The position numbers were made by a program, and so were the translations under genes. A stretch of DNA of 64,000 bases from Gammaproteobacteria bacterium (GTDB lineage Bacteria > Pseudomonadota > Gammaproteobacteria > Xanthomonadales > Wenzhouxiangellaceae). Positions within the stretch are counted from its first letter, which is position 1. Each line of letters opens with the position of its first letter. Shown piece after piece: positions 47,023-56,977 of this stretch. Where the stretch lies: assembly GCA_003565625.1 (NCBI GenBank), contig PXBD01000008.1, positions 17,568-81,567 on the forward strand, in the 5' to 3' direction. The notes beneath the pieces were generated by a model, which worked only from the letters and a program-made list of their open reading frames with translations, was not told the DNA's origin and did no database searches.

Positions 47023-48155
47023 TGCCGGCCTGGCGCACATTCCGCAACGAGTTGCGCGCCGCGCTGACCGATCGTGGGGTGGTCATCATCCTCCTCGGCG
47101 GCAGCATCCTGTACGCCTTGTTCTATCCCCTGCCTTACCAGGCCCAGGTCGCTACCGGCTTGCCCGTCGTTGTGGTTGACCAGGATGCCAGCGCGAGCAG
47201 CCGCGAACTGATCCGGCGTGTGGCTGCGACCGAGCAGATCCGGGTCATCGGAGTGATCACCGAGCCGCGCGAGGCCGAGGCCATGGTGCGCGCGATGCGC
47301 GCAGCGGGCGTTGTCCAGATTCCGGCGGATTTCGAGCGCGACATCCTGCGTCAGGAGCCAGTCCAGGTCGGCGCCTTCGGCAACGCCGCATTCATGGTGC
47401 TGTATTCGCAGGTGGTCACGGGGATGGCCAACGCCGTGCAGTCGTTCAGCGCCGATATCGTGCGCCAGCGCCAGCTCGAGGAAGGGCGCGCCGAGCTTTT
47501 CGCCGATACCCTGGCCGAGCCGCTGGCGACCGATCTGCACGAGTTGTTCAATCCCGACGGCGGCTATGCCAACTACGTGGTTCCGGCGGTGCTGATCCTG
47601 ATTCTCCAGCAGACCTTTCTGATCGGTATCGGCATGATGGGTGCCGGTCGTCGCGAACAGGGCCTCGGAACCGCAACCGGCCTGGGCGACTTGCTGGCCA
47701 CCGGCGCAGCCTATCTGGTCTTGCTCGCCCTGCTCCTTGCGTTCTATCTGCTCGTGGTCTACGAGGTGTTCGGCTTTCCGCGCTACGGCCGCGTCGTCGA
47801 GGTCTACTGGCTGTTACTGCCTTTTTTTCTGGCCGTGATTTTTCTCGGCCAGGCGCTGGGGCAGCTGTTTCGATCGCGCGAGACGGCCATGCAAACCATG
47901 ATGTTGCTCAGCCTGCCGGCCATCTTCCTGGCCGGGTTCGCCTGGCCGGCGGAGATCATGCCCACGCCCCTGGTCTGGCTGGGACAGTTGATTCCGTCCA
48001 CCCCGGGCATCGACGGCTTCGTTCGTGTCTACCAGATGGGCGCCTCGCTCGAGGAGGTCAGGCCGGCGCAGCTGCAGCTCTGGATGCTGGCTGGCGCCTA
48101 CCTGGTTCTGGCCTGGGGTATTGCCCGCTTTCGTCCGCACGCTGCGGTATCCTAA
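47022..48155 (+). CDS. ABC-2 type permease (YbhR/YhhJ-like)
   Basis: PVVVVDQDASASSR, FNPDGGY, LAGFAWP; ATG 47022 overlaps the upstream stop. Confidence 0.87.
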   Translation: MPAWRTFRNELRAALTDRGVVIILLGGSILYALFYPLPYQAQVATGLPVVVVDQDASASSRELIRRVAATEQIRVIGVITEPREAEAMVRAMRAAGVVQIPADFERDILRQEPVQVGAFGNAAFMVLYSQVVTGMANAVQSFSADIVRQRQLEEGRAELFADTLAEPLATDLHELFNPDGGYANYVVPAVLILILQQTFLIGIGMMGAGRREQGLGTATGLGDLLATGAAYLVLLALLLAFYLLVVYEVFGFPRYGRVVEVYWLLLPFFLAVIFLGQALGQLFRSRETAMQTMMLLSLPAIFLAGFAWPAEIMPTPLVWLGQLIPSTPGIDGFVRVYQMGASLEEVRPAQLQLWMLAGAYLVLAWGIARFRPHAAVS

Positions 48156-48195
48156 TCAATCATTCAGAACGTGCTCCAGCGCCGGGCCACTCGCC

Positions 48196-49563
48196 ATGTT
48201 CATTACCCAATCCGATCACGCCATACCGATTCATTCCCTTGATGCCGACGGCCTGGAACGCTGGCTGGAACAGGCCGATTCGCTCCATGTACGCTGGGTC
48301 AAAAAGACCGGTTTCCAGGCTGAACGTGGGCGCTGGCTGGCGGTGCCGGATGGTGAGGGCGGTCTGGCCTGCGTGCTCAGCGGTCGCGACGCGGACGATC
48401 GACTGTGGGCGCTGGCCCATCTGCCCGCCGTTCTGCCCGATGGCGAGTATCGGCTGGAGGCCGACTGGTCGCCCGAAGAGCTCCAGCGCGCCTATGTCGG
48501 GTTCGGTCTGGGCGGCTATCGTTTTGATCGCTACAAGCCTGCCCCCGAGCGTTGTGTTCGCCTGGTGGTGCCGGATTCCGGGCTGCCGGAACTGAACACC
48601 CTGGTCGACGCCTCGTGCCTGGTGCGCGATCTGGTCAACACGCCGGCCCTGGACCTGGGGCCGGCAGAACTGGCCGAGGCCGCCGGTGAACTGGCCGAGG
48701 CGCACGATGCGGATTTCGAGATGATTTCCGGGGAACGCCTGGAACGCGAGTTTCCGGCCATCCACGTGGTCGGCCAGGCCGCGAGCCGGCCGCCATGCCT
48801 GATCCGCTTGCAGTGGGGCGAGGACGATGCGCCGCCGCTGGCGCTGGTCGGCAAGGGCGTGATCTTCGACTCCGGCGGGCTCAACATCAAGCCGGGCGCC
48901 GGCATGGTGTTGATGAAAAAGGACATGGGCGGGGCAGCCCACGTGCTGGGCCTGGCGAAAATCATCATGGGCCTGGGTCTGAACGTGAACCTGCGCGTCT
49001 ACATCCCGGCGGTGGAGAACGCAATTGCGGGCAACGCCTACCGGCCGTCGGACATCATCCGGACCCGCAACGGCACCACGGTGGAAATCGGCAACACCGA
49101 CGCCGAGGGACGAGTGGTGCTGTCTGATGCCCTGACCCTGGCGTGCGAGGAAGGCGCCGAGCGCATCATCGATATGGCAACGCTGACCGGCGCGGCGCGG
49201 GTTGCGCTGGGCGAAGATCTGCCTCCGGTATATGCGCGTGATGGTAATCAGGCTCGGACTCTTCAGGATCTGGCCTTTGCCGAAGAAGACCCGTTGTGGC
49301 ACATGCCGCTCTATGAGCCCTATCGGGACTACATCCGGCCGGCGATTGCCGACCTGTCGAACTCCGGGACCAGCAAGTTTGCCGGCAGCCTGACCGCGGC
49401 GCTGTTTCTGGATCACTTTGTTGACCCGGGTATCGACTGGTACCACCTCGATGTCTACGCCTGGAACCTGGGTGAGCGCCCGGGCCGCCCGGCCGGCGGT
49501 GAAGCCCAGGGCTTGCGGGCGCTTTGGGCCTGGCTGCAGGCGCAATACGACAAACCGAGTTAA
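48196..49563 (+). CDS. M17 leucyl aminopeptidase family protein (PepB-like)
   Basis: VGKGVIFDSGG, MKKDMGGAA, NTDAEGR, ATLTGA; ATG 48196. Confidence 0.93.
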   Translation: MFITQSDHAIPIHSLDADGLERWLEQADSLHVRWVKKTGFQAERGRWLAVPDGEGGLACVLSGRDADDRLWALAHLPAVLPDGEYRLEADWSPEELQRAYVGFGLGGYRFDRYKPAPERCVRLVVPDSGLPELNTLVDASCLVRDLVNTPALDLGPAELAEAAGELAEAHDADFEMISGERLEREFPAIHVVGQAASRPPCLIRLQWGEDDAPPLALVGKGVIFDSGGLNIKPGAGMVLMKKDMGGAAHVLGLAKIIMGLGLNVNLRVYIPAVENAIAGNAYRPSDIIRTRNGTTVEIGNTDAEGRVVLSDALTLACEEGAERIIDMATLTGAARVALGEDLPPVYARDGNQARTLQDLAFAEEDPLWHMPLYEPYRDYIRPAIADLSNSGTSKFAGSLTAALFLDHFVDPGIDWYHLDVYAWNLGERPGRPAGGEAQGLRALWAWLQAQYDKPS

Positions 49564-50534
49564 AGCCGCCAGACGCCAAGGACGATGATCGTCACCAGGG
49601 CAAACAGCAGCATGACGAAATAGGACAAGGCCAGGATCAGGAACTTGATCAGGGTCAGCGCCCAGCCCTGGCGGTAAAAGCGCCTGATGCTGATCAGTAC
49701 GTAGACCGGAATCCAGATCCAGATCACCACGCCAATCCAGTACAGCAGACCGGCCAGCGCGCCGTGGCCGAAAAAGCCTGCGTCGCCGAGCACGTCGCGG
49801 GCCAGGGCAATCAGGTACAGCGCCACCAGGCCGAGAAACAGAAAGGCATGATTGTGCACCTGCAGCAGCAGGTGTTCGATGTAATAGCGTCTTGCGAACA
49901 GGTAAAACACGGCAACCCAGGCCGAAAACAGCGGCAGGATCACGAACATGGTTTGTGGCAACATGCCGGCGGCGCTGCGCACGAAGCGGCCCGGATTGCG
50001 CACGGCCTCGCGGGCGTTGGCGTCGATGACCGCAATCTGGCGGTTCAGCCAGGCGTTGCCCTTCTCCCCTAGCCAAAAAAGCGTGAGCGGATTGCTCTCC
50101 GGATGCCAGTCCTGTCCGTCGAACTGGATCGCGCCGCCGGAGCCATCGGCAAATCCCTGGGCTGCATCGTCGGGAAGGCTGGACAGTTCGGCGGTGTTGA
50201 TAACCACGGTGACAACCAGGAACGCGATGATGCTGGCGACCAGGTAGAGCCGAACCGGCGGGGTGTAGCGCGCGCGCTTTCCGGACACGTACTCAAGCGA
50301 GAGCCGACCGGGCTGGAACAGCAGGCAGCGCAGCGTGCGCCACATGCGTGAGTCGTAATAGAGAGTCTCGGAGGCGATTTCGCCGACCAGGCCGGGCAGG
50401 GCGCGGATGAACGATCGCGCAGGCTGACCGCAGCGGTGGCAGTACGGGCCGCTCAGCTGGACCCCGCAATTGCCGCACTCTTGCTGCGGCCGATTCCGGC
50501 CCGGCTTCGCGCTGGTTTCATTCGTGGCTTGCAA
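49560..50534 (-). CDS. DUF3667 domain membrane protein
   Basis: CGNCG...GPYCHRCGQ zinc ribbon, PGRLSLEYVSGKRARYTPPVRLY, YYIEHL. Confidence 0.85.
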   Translation of the reverse strand: MQATNETSAKPGRNRPQQECGNCGVQLSGPYCHRCGQPARSFIRALPGLVGEIASETLYYDSRMWRTLRCLLFQPGRLSLEYVSGKRARYTPPVRLYLVASIIAFLVVTVVINTAELSSLPDDAAQGFADGSGGAIQFDGQDWHPESNPLTLFWLGEKGNAWLNRQIAVIDANAREAVRNPGRFVRSAAGMLPQTMFVILPLFSAWVAVFYLFARRYYIEHLLLQVHNHAFLFLGLVALYLIALARDVLGDAGFFGHGALAGLLYWIGVVIWIWIPVYVLISIRRFYRQGWALTLIKFLILALSYFVMLLFALVTIIVLGVWRL

Positions 50535-50589
50535 GGATGCAGCTCCCGGTCAACAATGCCGCTCCTTCCCCTTGGTCGCCTTCGAGTAT

Positions 50590-51960
50590 ATGCCAGAGCC
50601 TTCCGCCGCGCCCGGTCTGCGATACGAGGTAAAGCGCACCCTGGTGCTGGCCGCGCCGCTGGTGATCGGTCAGTTGACCAACTTCGGCATGAACTTTGTC
50701 GATACGGTCATGGCCGGTCGGCTGGGCAAGGTGGACCTGGGCGCGATAGCGGTGGGTTCGTCGATCTGGGCGGCCGGTTTCCTGTTCACCCTGGGCGTGC
50801 TGCTGGCGGTGTCGGCCACTGTTTCGCAGCTCGACGGTGCGGGGCGGCCGCGCCAGGCCGGGGAATTCACCCGGCAGGCCCTGTGGCTTTCGCTGGCGCT
50901 GGCCGCCGGACTGGTCGCCCTGGCGGTGAGCGCCGGCTTGGTGATGGAGGCGCTGGAAGTGGAGCAAACCGTTGCCGAACTGGCCATGGGCTATCTGCGT
51001 GCCATCGCCTGGGGTGCGCCGGCGCTGGTCCTGATGCTGACCCTGCGCTTTTTTTCCGAGGGTGCCGGCTACACGCGCCCGACCATGTATGTCGGTGTGC
51101 TCGGGATCGCCTGCAATATCCCGCTGAACTGGATGCTGATGTTCGGCAACCTTGGATTTCCCCAGCTGGGCGCGGTCGGGGCCGGCTGGGCCACGGCGAT
51201 TGTGCTGTGGCTGCAGCTGTTGTTGATGGTGGCCTGGGTTGCCGGGCGGCCCCAGTACCGGGTCTTTGGTGTCTTCAGTCGATTCAGCGGGCCGAGCCTG
51301 CGCGAGATCGCCGGCCTGCTCAAGGTGGGGCTGCCGATTGGTTTCATGGTGCTGATGGAAGGCGGCATGTTTGCCGCATCAGCCTTGCTGGTGGGTATTC
51401 TCGGTGCGCTGCCGGTGGCTGCCCACCAGGTAGCGATGAACTACACCGGCCTGGTTTTCATGGTGCCGCTGGGTCTGTCGGGGGCAATTACGGTTCGGGT
51501 CGGCAATGCCATCGGTCGCGGCGACCTGGAGGGCGCGCGGCGGGCCGGTCTGGTGGGGATCGGCATCGCGCTGGTGTTTGCCGTTTGTTCGGCTGCCTTC
51601 ATCGTGCTGTTTCCCGAGGCCATCGTCGGGCTGTATACCAATGAAGCCGAGGTAGTGGCCCTGGCCGCCAGCCTGTTGCTGTTTGCCGCGATATTCCAGG
51701 TATCGGATGGTTTGCAGGTGGCCGCAGCCGGGGCTCTGCGCGGCATGAAGGATACCCGCATTCCCATGCTCTACAGCGTGCTGGCCTACTGGATGATCGG
51801 GATGAGCGTAGGCTGGTGGCTGACGTTTCGTGCCGAATGGGGCCCGGCCGGCATGTGGATCGGCATTTTGTCCGGACTCAGCGTGGCTGCGGTCTTGTTG
51901 ACGGCGCGCTACTGGCGGCTCTCGCGCCGCCTGATCGATGGTGGCTGCGTTCCCGTGTGA
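50590..51960 (+). CDS. MATE family efflux transporter (NorM-like)
   Basis: FVDTVMAG, AAHQVA, RVGNAIG, FQVSDGLQV..AGALRGMKDT; ATG 50590. Confidence 0.92.
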   Translation: MPEPSAAPGLRYEVKRTLVLAAPLVIGQLTNFGMNFVDTVMAGRLGKVDLGAIAVGSSIWAAGFLFTLGVLLAVSATVSQLDGAGRPRQAGEFTRQALWLSLALAAGLVALAVSAGLVMEALEVEQTVAELAMGYLRAIAWGAPALVLMLTLRFFSEGAGYTRPTMYVGVLGIACNIPLNWMLMFGNLGFPQLGAVGAGWATAIVLWLQLLLMVAWVAGRPQYRVFGVFSRFSGPSLREIAGLLKVGLPIGFMVLMEGGMFAASALLVGILGALPVAAHQVAMNYTGLVFMVPLGLSGAITVRVGNAIGRGDLEGARRAGLVGIGIALVFAVCSAAFIVLFPEAIVGLYTNEAEVVALAASLLLFAAIFQVSDGLQVAAAGALRGMKDTRIPMLYSVLAYWMIGMSVGWWLTFRAEWGPAGMWIGILSGLSVAAVLLTARYWRLSRRLIDGGCVPV

Positions 51961-52044
51961 CGATCAGCATATTGTGATCCTCACGTTGATTCTCTAAGAT
52001 CAATTCCTTCCGGTTGCCTTCACCCCCTACTCCTGGTCCTGTCC

Positions 52045-53910
52045 ATGGCTTACTCCCCTTCCCGACCCAATATCCTCGTCCGGCTATGGCTGGGCTTCTG
52101 GCGTGCGATCACTGCCCTGCGCATGGCGGTCTTCAACATCATTTTCCTGCTCGTTCTGGCGCTGGTCATCGGCCTGCTTGTGCGCGGCGGGGATGCGCTG
52201 ATCATCGAGTCCGACACCACCCTGGTGCTGAATCCCAAGGGTGTGATCGTCGAGGAATTTTCCGGCTCAGCCATCGAGCGCGCTTTCAACGAGGCCCTGG
52301 GGCAGGGTGTGGGAGAAACCCGTCTGCGTGATCTGCTGAGCGCGCTTGAGCGGGCGGCCGAGGATGACCGCATCAGCCAGGTTCTGATTGCTACGGACGA
52401 TCTGCTGGGGGTTGCGCCCGGTACCATGCACGAACTCATGGAGGCCGTCGAGCAGTTTCGCGCCAGCGGCAAACCGGTGGTCGCCTACGGCGGTTTCATG
52501 GGTCAGGGGCAGTATTTTCTGGCGTCGCTGGCCGACGAGGTCTGGCTGGATCCTGACGGCTGGATTCTGTTGACCGGCTACGGGTTTTACCGGCAATACT
52601 TCGCCGAGGGGCTCGACCGACTGGATGTGGACGTCAACCTGATCCGGGTCGGCGAATACAAGTCGGCAATGGAACCGTTCATCCGCAGCGACATGTCGGA
52701 CGAAGACCGGGAAGCCACGGAATATTTCCTCGCTGATTTGTGGCAGCGATACCTGGCCATGGTGGCACGCAATCGCGGTTTGCCGGTTGCCGTGTTGTCG
52801 GACCTGACCCAGCACCAGCCGCGCCAGCTTGAACGGGCCGGGGGCGACAGCGCGCGGGCCGCCCTCGACGATGGCCTGGTCGATCGCCTGGTCTCGCGCC
52901 CGGAGTTGCGCGCAGAAATGGCCCAGCGCGGTGCGCCTGATGACGAGGGCAGCTTCCGCCAGGTGTCATTCGCCCGTTATCTCTCCGCGCCGGAGCCAAA
53001 AATCCGCCGGCCGGAAGGTCGCGTCGGCGTGATCGTGGCCCAGGGCGTGATCACCGAAGGGGTTCAGCCGCAGGGGACGATCGGTGCCGATTCCACTTCG
53101 CGCCTGATTCGCCAGGCCCTGCATGACGACACCATCAAAGCGGTGGTGCTGAGGGTTGACTCTGGCGGTGGCAGTGCCTTCGCCTCCGAACTGATCCGGC
53201 GCGAGTTGATGGCGCTACGCGAGGCCGGCAAACCGGTGGTGGTCAGTTTTGGCAGCGTGGCCGCCTCGGGCGGCTACTGGATTGCCATGGGCGCCGACGA
53301 AATCTGGGCGTATCCCTCTACGATCACCGGCTCGATCGGCATCTTCGGACTGTTTCCTACCTTCCAGGACACACTGGCCCGGATCGGGATCTATACCGAC
53401 GGCGTCGGGACGACACCGCTGGCCGGAGCCTTGCGGGCGGATCGCGAAATGGATGAAGAGGTGCGGCGCCTGTTGCAGGGCTTTATCGAACACGGCTACC
53501 GGGAATTCATCGGGCTGGTCGCCGAGCATCGGCGCATGAGCATCGAAGAGGTCGAGGCGATCGCCCAGGGTCGAGTCTGGAGCGGAGCTCAGGCCCAGGA
53601 ACGCGGGCTGGTGGATCAGTTGGGTACGCTGGAACAGGCCATCGGTTCGGCGGCGCGCATGGCCGGGCTAGGCGAGGAGTACCGCCACACCTACGTGGAG
53701 CCCAGGCTGGAGCCGTGGCAACAGTTCCTGACCGAGATTGGCGCTCGCGCCATTCTGGCCGCGGGCTTCGAGCCTGGACCGTCGTGGCTGCAACAGTTGT
53801 CGGCGCAGCTGCGCGCCGGTGTGCTCGGCGAACTGGGCCAGGTTCTGGAAGCCACGCAGATGGGGCGTTCCGGGGTCATGGCGCACTGTTTGTGCGAGGC
53901 GCCGCAGTAG
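52045..53910 (+). CDS. sppA: Signal peptide peptidase SppA (67K type)
   Basis: Tandem S49 domains: VGEYKSAMEPF, RVDSGGGS, AASGGYWI, TGSIGIFG, QGRVWSG. Confidence 0.95.
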   Translation: MAYSPSRPNILVRLWLGFWRAITALRMAVFNIIFLLVLALVIGLLVRGGDALIIESDTTLVLNPKGVIVEEFSGSAIERAFNEALGQGVGETRLRDLLSALERAAEDDRISQVLIATDDLLGVAPGTMHELMEAVEQFRASGKPVVAYGGFMGQGQYFLASLADEVWLDPDGWILLTGYGFYRQYFAEGLDRLDVDVNLIRVGEYKSAMEPFIRSDMSDEDREATEYFLADLWQRYLAMVARNRGLPVAVLSDLTQHQPRQLERAGGDSARAALDDGLVDRLVSRPELRAEMAQRGAPDDEGSFRQVSFARYLSAPEPKIRRPEGRVGVIVAQGVITEGVQPQGTIGADSTSRLIRQALHDDTIKAVVLRVDSGGGSAFASELIRRELMALREAGKPVVVSFGSVAASGGYWIAMGADEIWAYPSTITGSIGIFGLFPTFQDTLARIGIYTDGVGTTPLAGALRADREMDEEVRRLLQGFIEHGYREFIGLVAEHRRMSIEEVEAIAQGRVWSGAQAQERGLVDQLGTLEQAIGSAARMAGLGEEYRHTYVEPRLEPWQQFLTEIGARAILAAGFEPGPSWLQQLSAQLRAGVLGELGQVLEATQMGRSGVMAHCLCEAPQ

Positions 53911-53911
53911 C

Positions 53912-54304
53912 TCAGGATTCGACGTCGTCATCGAGCGGTAGCAGGCCGCGAATGCGGGCAAGGCCCTCGACTTGCTGTAGCTCGCGCTCGAGCACCCGCA
54001 GGCGGGCCCGCTGAGCCTGGATTGTTGCCGGTTCGGCCACGTCGGCCAGCGCTTGTTGCAGAGCGGCTCGTTCTTCGCGCAGGTTGCGCAGATTGCGGCC
54101 GAGCTCGAAATCCACCCGAAAATCCCTGCCCTGGCAGGGACCAACCTGCTCCTCGCCGGCCAGCGCGCGCTGGAACCCGGCCTCTGGTTGGCACCAGGCC
54201 TGGTCGCCCTCGGCCTCGGAAACGGTCTGTGGTTCGGGGTTCACTGCCCAGACGCAGGTCGCGAGGGTCAGCAGCAACAGGGTGGCCAGATGTTTGCGGG
54301 TCAT
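53912..54304 (-). CDS. Small exported protein, DUF2799-like
   Basis: Signal peptide; WCQPEAGF..ALAG....GPC....F...FELGR followed by a coiled coil. Confidence 0.55.
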   Translation of the reverse strand: MTRKHLATLLLLTLATCVWAVNPEPQTVSEAEGDQAWCQPEAGFQRALAGEEQVGPCQGRDFRVDFELGRNLRNLREERAALQQALADVAEPATIQAQRARLRVLERELQQVEGLARIRGLLPLDDDVES

Positions 54305-54363
54305 GACGCGGCGGTGGGTAGACTGGAGCACTTTATGGAGTTGCCGGAAAGAATAGCCGATTC

Positions 54364-55380
54364 ATGGATCCTGTAACGCACGGGATATTCGGCGCGCTTT
54401 GGGCCCTGCCTGCGGCGCGTCGTGAACGAATGCGAGCCGCGGCGCTGGCCGGCGCTGCCGGCGGCATGATCCCGGACCTCGACGCCCTGATCCGCTCGTC
54501 GGAGGACTCGCTGCTCTACATCGAGTATCACCGCCAGTTCACCCACTCGTTTGCCTTTGCCCCGGTCGGCAGCCTGGTCGCTGCGCTGGCGGTCTGGCCG
54601 CCGCTCAGGCGCCAGGCCTTGTTTGCCCAGGTGTATCTTTGGTCTCTGCTTGGCTATCTCGCGCACCCGCTGCTGGATGCCTGTACCTCGTATGGAACCC
54701 AGCTGTTCTGGCCGTTCAGCGATCAGCGCGTGGCCTGGAACTGGATCAGCGTGGTCGACCCGGTCTACTCTCTGCCGCTGCTGGCCCTGCTGCTGGTGGC
54801 CGTGATTCGGCGCAGCCACCGGGTCGGTTACCTGGCGCTGGGCTGGATGGTGGCCTACATGGCTTTCGGGGCCTGGCAGAATCATCGCGCCGAGTCCGCG
54901 CTGGCGCAGTGGGCCGATCAGCAGGGGATTGTCGTGGAGCGCCTGGTCGCCAAACCGGCCTTCGCCAACCTGGTGGTGTGGCGGGCGTTGGTCGATGACG
55001 GTGAGGATTTCCATCTGACCGCGATTAGGACGCTGCCATGGTCGGAGACGGTTTTTTATCCGGGCGGATCGGTTGCGCGCTACCGGGTCGACGGCATGGA
55101 TCCGGACACGCGCCGCGGCAGTGACCTGGCTCGCTTCGAGCATTTTTCCTCGGGCTGGTTGTTTCACTATCCCGAACAGGATGAGGACGGGCGGAAGTTC
55201 ATCGGCGATTTTCGCTACGCCATCGACCCGGCCGCCCGGCGTCCGCTGTGGGGCGTGCTGGTGGATCCCGACGATCCCGACGCCCCAGCCGAGTACACTA
55301 CCCCGCGGCGCATGACCGAGGACGACCGCCGGCGCTTTTTCCAGCGCTTGCGGGGCGAGGCGCCCGAGTCCATCGACTGA
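54364..55380 (+). CDS. Membrane-bound metal-dependent hydrolase (YdjM/DUF457 family)
   Basis: MDPVTHG, PDLD, HRQFTHS, HPLLDACTSYGT, VVDP. Confidence 0.88.
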   Translation: MDPVTHGIFGALWALPAARRERMRAAALAGAAGGMIPDLDALIRSSEDSLLYIEYHRQFTHSFAFAPVGSLVAALAVWPPLRRQALFAQVYLWSLLGYLAHPLLDACTSYGTQLFWPFSDQRVAWNWISVVDPVYSLPLLALLLVAVIRRSHRVGYLALGWMVAYMAFGAWQNHRAESALAQWADQQGIVVERLVAKPAFANLVVWRALVDDGEDFHLTAIRTLPWSETVFYPGGSVARYRVDGMDPDTRRGSDLARFEHFSSGWLFHYPEQDEDGRKFIGDFRYAIDPAARRPLWGVLVDPDDPDAPAEYTTPRRMTEDDRRRFFQRLRGEAPESID

Positions 55381-55405
55381 CACTATTACAGAGGGAAAAA
55401 CCGCC

Positions 55406-56806
55406 ATGCTCGCAGCTGCAACCGATTTTCTCTGGTCCTACGTGCTGATCGCGGTGCTGATCACCATGGGGCTGATTTTCACCATCGGCTCGCGCTTCGT
55501 GCAGCTGCGCTACTTCGGAGAAATGTTTCGCGTTCTGGGCCAGGCGTTCAAGCATCATCCCGGTCAGGTCTCCTCGTTCCAGGCGTTGACCCTGAGCGTG
55601 GCCGGGCGGGTCGGCGCCGGCAACATCGCCGGGGTCGCCGTGGCCATCACCCTCGGCGGGCCGGGCGCGATCTTCTGGATGTGGGTGGTTGGCCTGGTCG
55701 GCATGGCCACCAGTTTTTTCGAGTGCTCGCTGGCCCAGGCCTACAAGACCCGCGACGAGCGCACCGGCACCTTCCGCGGCGGGCCGATGCACTATATTGA
55801 AAGAGGTCTGGGCAGCCGCGGTCTCGGCATGGTTTTCACCCTGCTGCTGCTGGTGACCTTCGGGCTGGCCTTCGTGGCGCTGCAGTCCTTTACTGCCTCG
55901 TCCTCGCTCGAGGAGGCGTTCGGGATTCCCACCTGGGTCACCGGGGTGGTCCTGACCGCGGTCATCGGGATCACCATCTTCGGTGGCGTGCAGCGCATCT
56001 CGCGCGTGACCGAGGTAATCGTGCCGATCATGGCCTTGCTCTACATTGCGGTCGCGCTGGGCGTGATCGTCATCAACATCGGCCAGGTGCCGGCCGTGCT
56101 GGGGCTGATCGTCAACAGCGCCTTCGGGCTCGAGCCGGCCGTCGGCGGCGGAATCGGTGCGGCCATCATGCACGGCGTTCGACGCGGGCTGTTTTCCAAC
56201 GAGGCCGGCCTGGGTAGCGCGCCCAACGTGGCCGCGGTGGCCTACGTGCCGCACCCGGTCAACCAGGGCATCGTGCAGTCTTTCAGCGTGTTCATCGATA
56301 CCGCCATCATCTGCACGGCCACGGCCTTCATCATCCTGATGGCCGGGATGCACACCGCCGGTACGGTCGATAACGGCGTGGTCCTGACTCAGCTGGCCCT
56401 GGCCGAGCACGTCGGCCCCTGGGGTCAGACCTTTGTCAGCGTGGTCCTGATGCTGTTTGCCTTCAGCTCCATCCTGTACAACTTCTACCTGGGCGAAAAC
56501 GCCACCCACTGGATGGATCCGGGAAACCGGCTGCTGTTCATCGTCTTCCGCGTGTTGATGCTGGTGCTGATTCTGTGGGGCTCGATGCAGAACCTGGAAA
56601 CGATCTTCAGTTTCGCCGACCTGACCATGGCCTTGCTGGCGGTTGTCAACCTGCTGGCGCTGGCCCTGATGCTGAAAGTCTGTTTCCGGCTCATGCGCGA
56701 CTACGATGAGCAGTCGCGCGCCGGCAAAGTGCCGGTATTCAACCCGGACGATTTCGCCGATCTGAAGATCGACCGCGAGGCCTGGTCGGATGCCCCGCCG
56801 CGCTGA
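55406..56806 (+). CDS. Alanine/glycine:cation symporter (AGCS)
   Basis: RVGAGNIAGVA, GGPGAIFWMW, RGLFSNEAGLGSAP, FIDTAIICTAT. Confidence 0.93.
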   Translation: MLAAATDFLWSYVLIAVLITMGLIFTIGSRFVQLRYFGEMFRVLGQAFKHHPGQVSSFQALTLSVAGRVGAGNIAGVAVAITLGGPGAIFWMWVVGLVGMATSFFECSLAQAYKTRDERTGTFRGGPMHYIERGLGSRGLGMVFTLLLLVTFGLAFVALQSFTASSSLEEAFGIPTWVTGVVLTAVIGITIFGGVQRISRVTEVIVPIMALLYIAVALGVIVINIGQVPAVLGLIVNSAFGLEPAVGGGIGAAIMHGVRRGLFSNEAGLGSAPNVAAVAYVPHPVNQGIVQSFSVFIDTAIICTATAFIILMAGMHTAGTVDNGVVLTQLALAEHVGPWGQTFVSVVLMLFAFSSILYNFYLGENATHWMDPGNRLLFIVFRVLMLVLILWGSMQNLETIFSFADLTMALLAVVNLLALALMLKVCFRLMRDYDEQSRAGKVPVFNPDDFADLKIDREAWSDAPPR

Positions 56807-56822
56807 ACTGAAATGCCTGTAA

Positions 56823-56966
56823 CCGCGGATGAACGCAGATGAACGCGGATGTTTTGCTCTGAGGGGCGTTTGACCCAGCGCAAAGGTCTCGTCCTTGCGT
56901 TCCTGCCAAGCCGGGACTTCGATCTTTCCAGCTTTTTTATCTGCGTTGATCCGCGTTCATCTGCGG
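56823..56966. repeat. 144-bp element bounded by 28-bp imperfect inverted repeats made of tandem 10-mers (GAACGCRGAT)
   Basis: Left arm CCGCGGATGAACGCAGATGAACGCGGAT (56823-56850); right arm ATCTGCGTTGATCCGCGTTCATCTGCGG (56939-56966); 24/28 complementary. Confidence 0.85.
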
Positions 56967-56977
56967 CAAGAATCAGG

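Noticed and set aside
51974-52003. FNR/CRP-like site upstream of sppA (GTGA-N3-TCAC; TTGAT-N8-ATCAA)
   Set aside because: Half-site spacing is wrong for FNR (N4) and CRP (N6); may be chance or a site for another factor
55381-55405. Glycine riboswitch ahead of the AGCS symporter
   Set aside because: The intergenic gap is only 25 nt, too short for the aptamer
56823-56966. CRISPR array
   Set aside because: The repeats are abutting 10-mers in inverted arms with no unique spacers, and there are no cas genes
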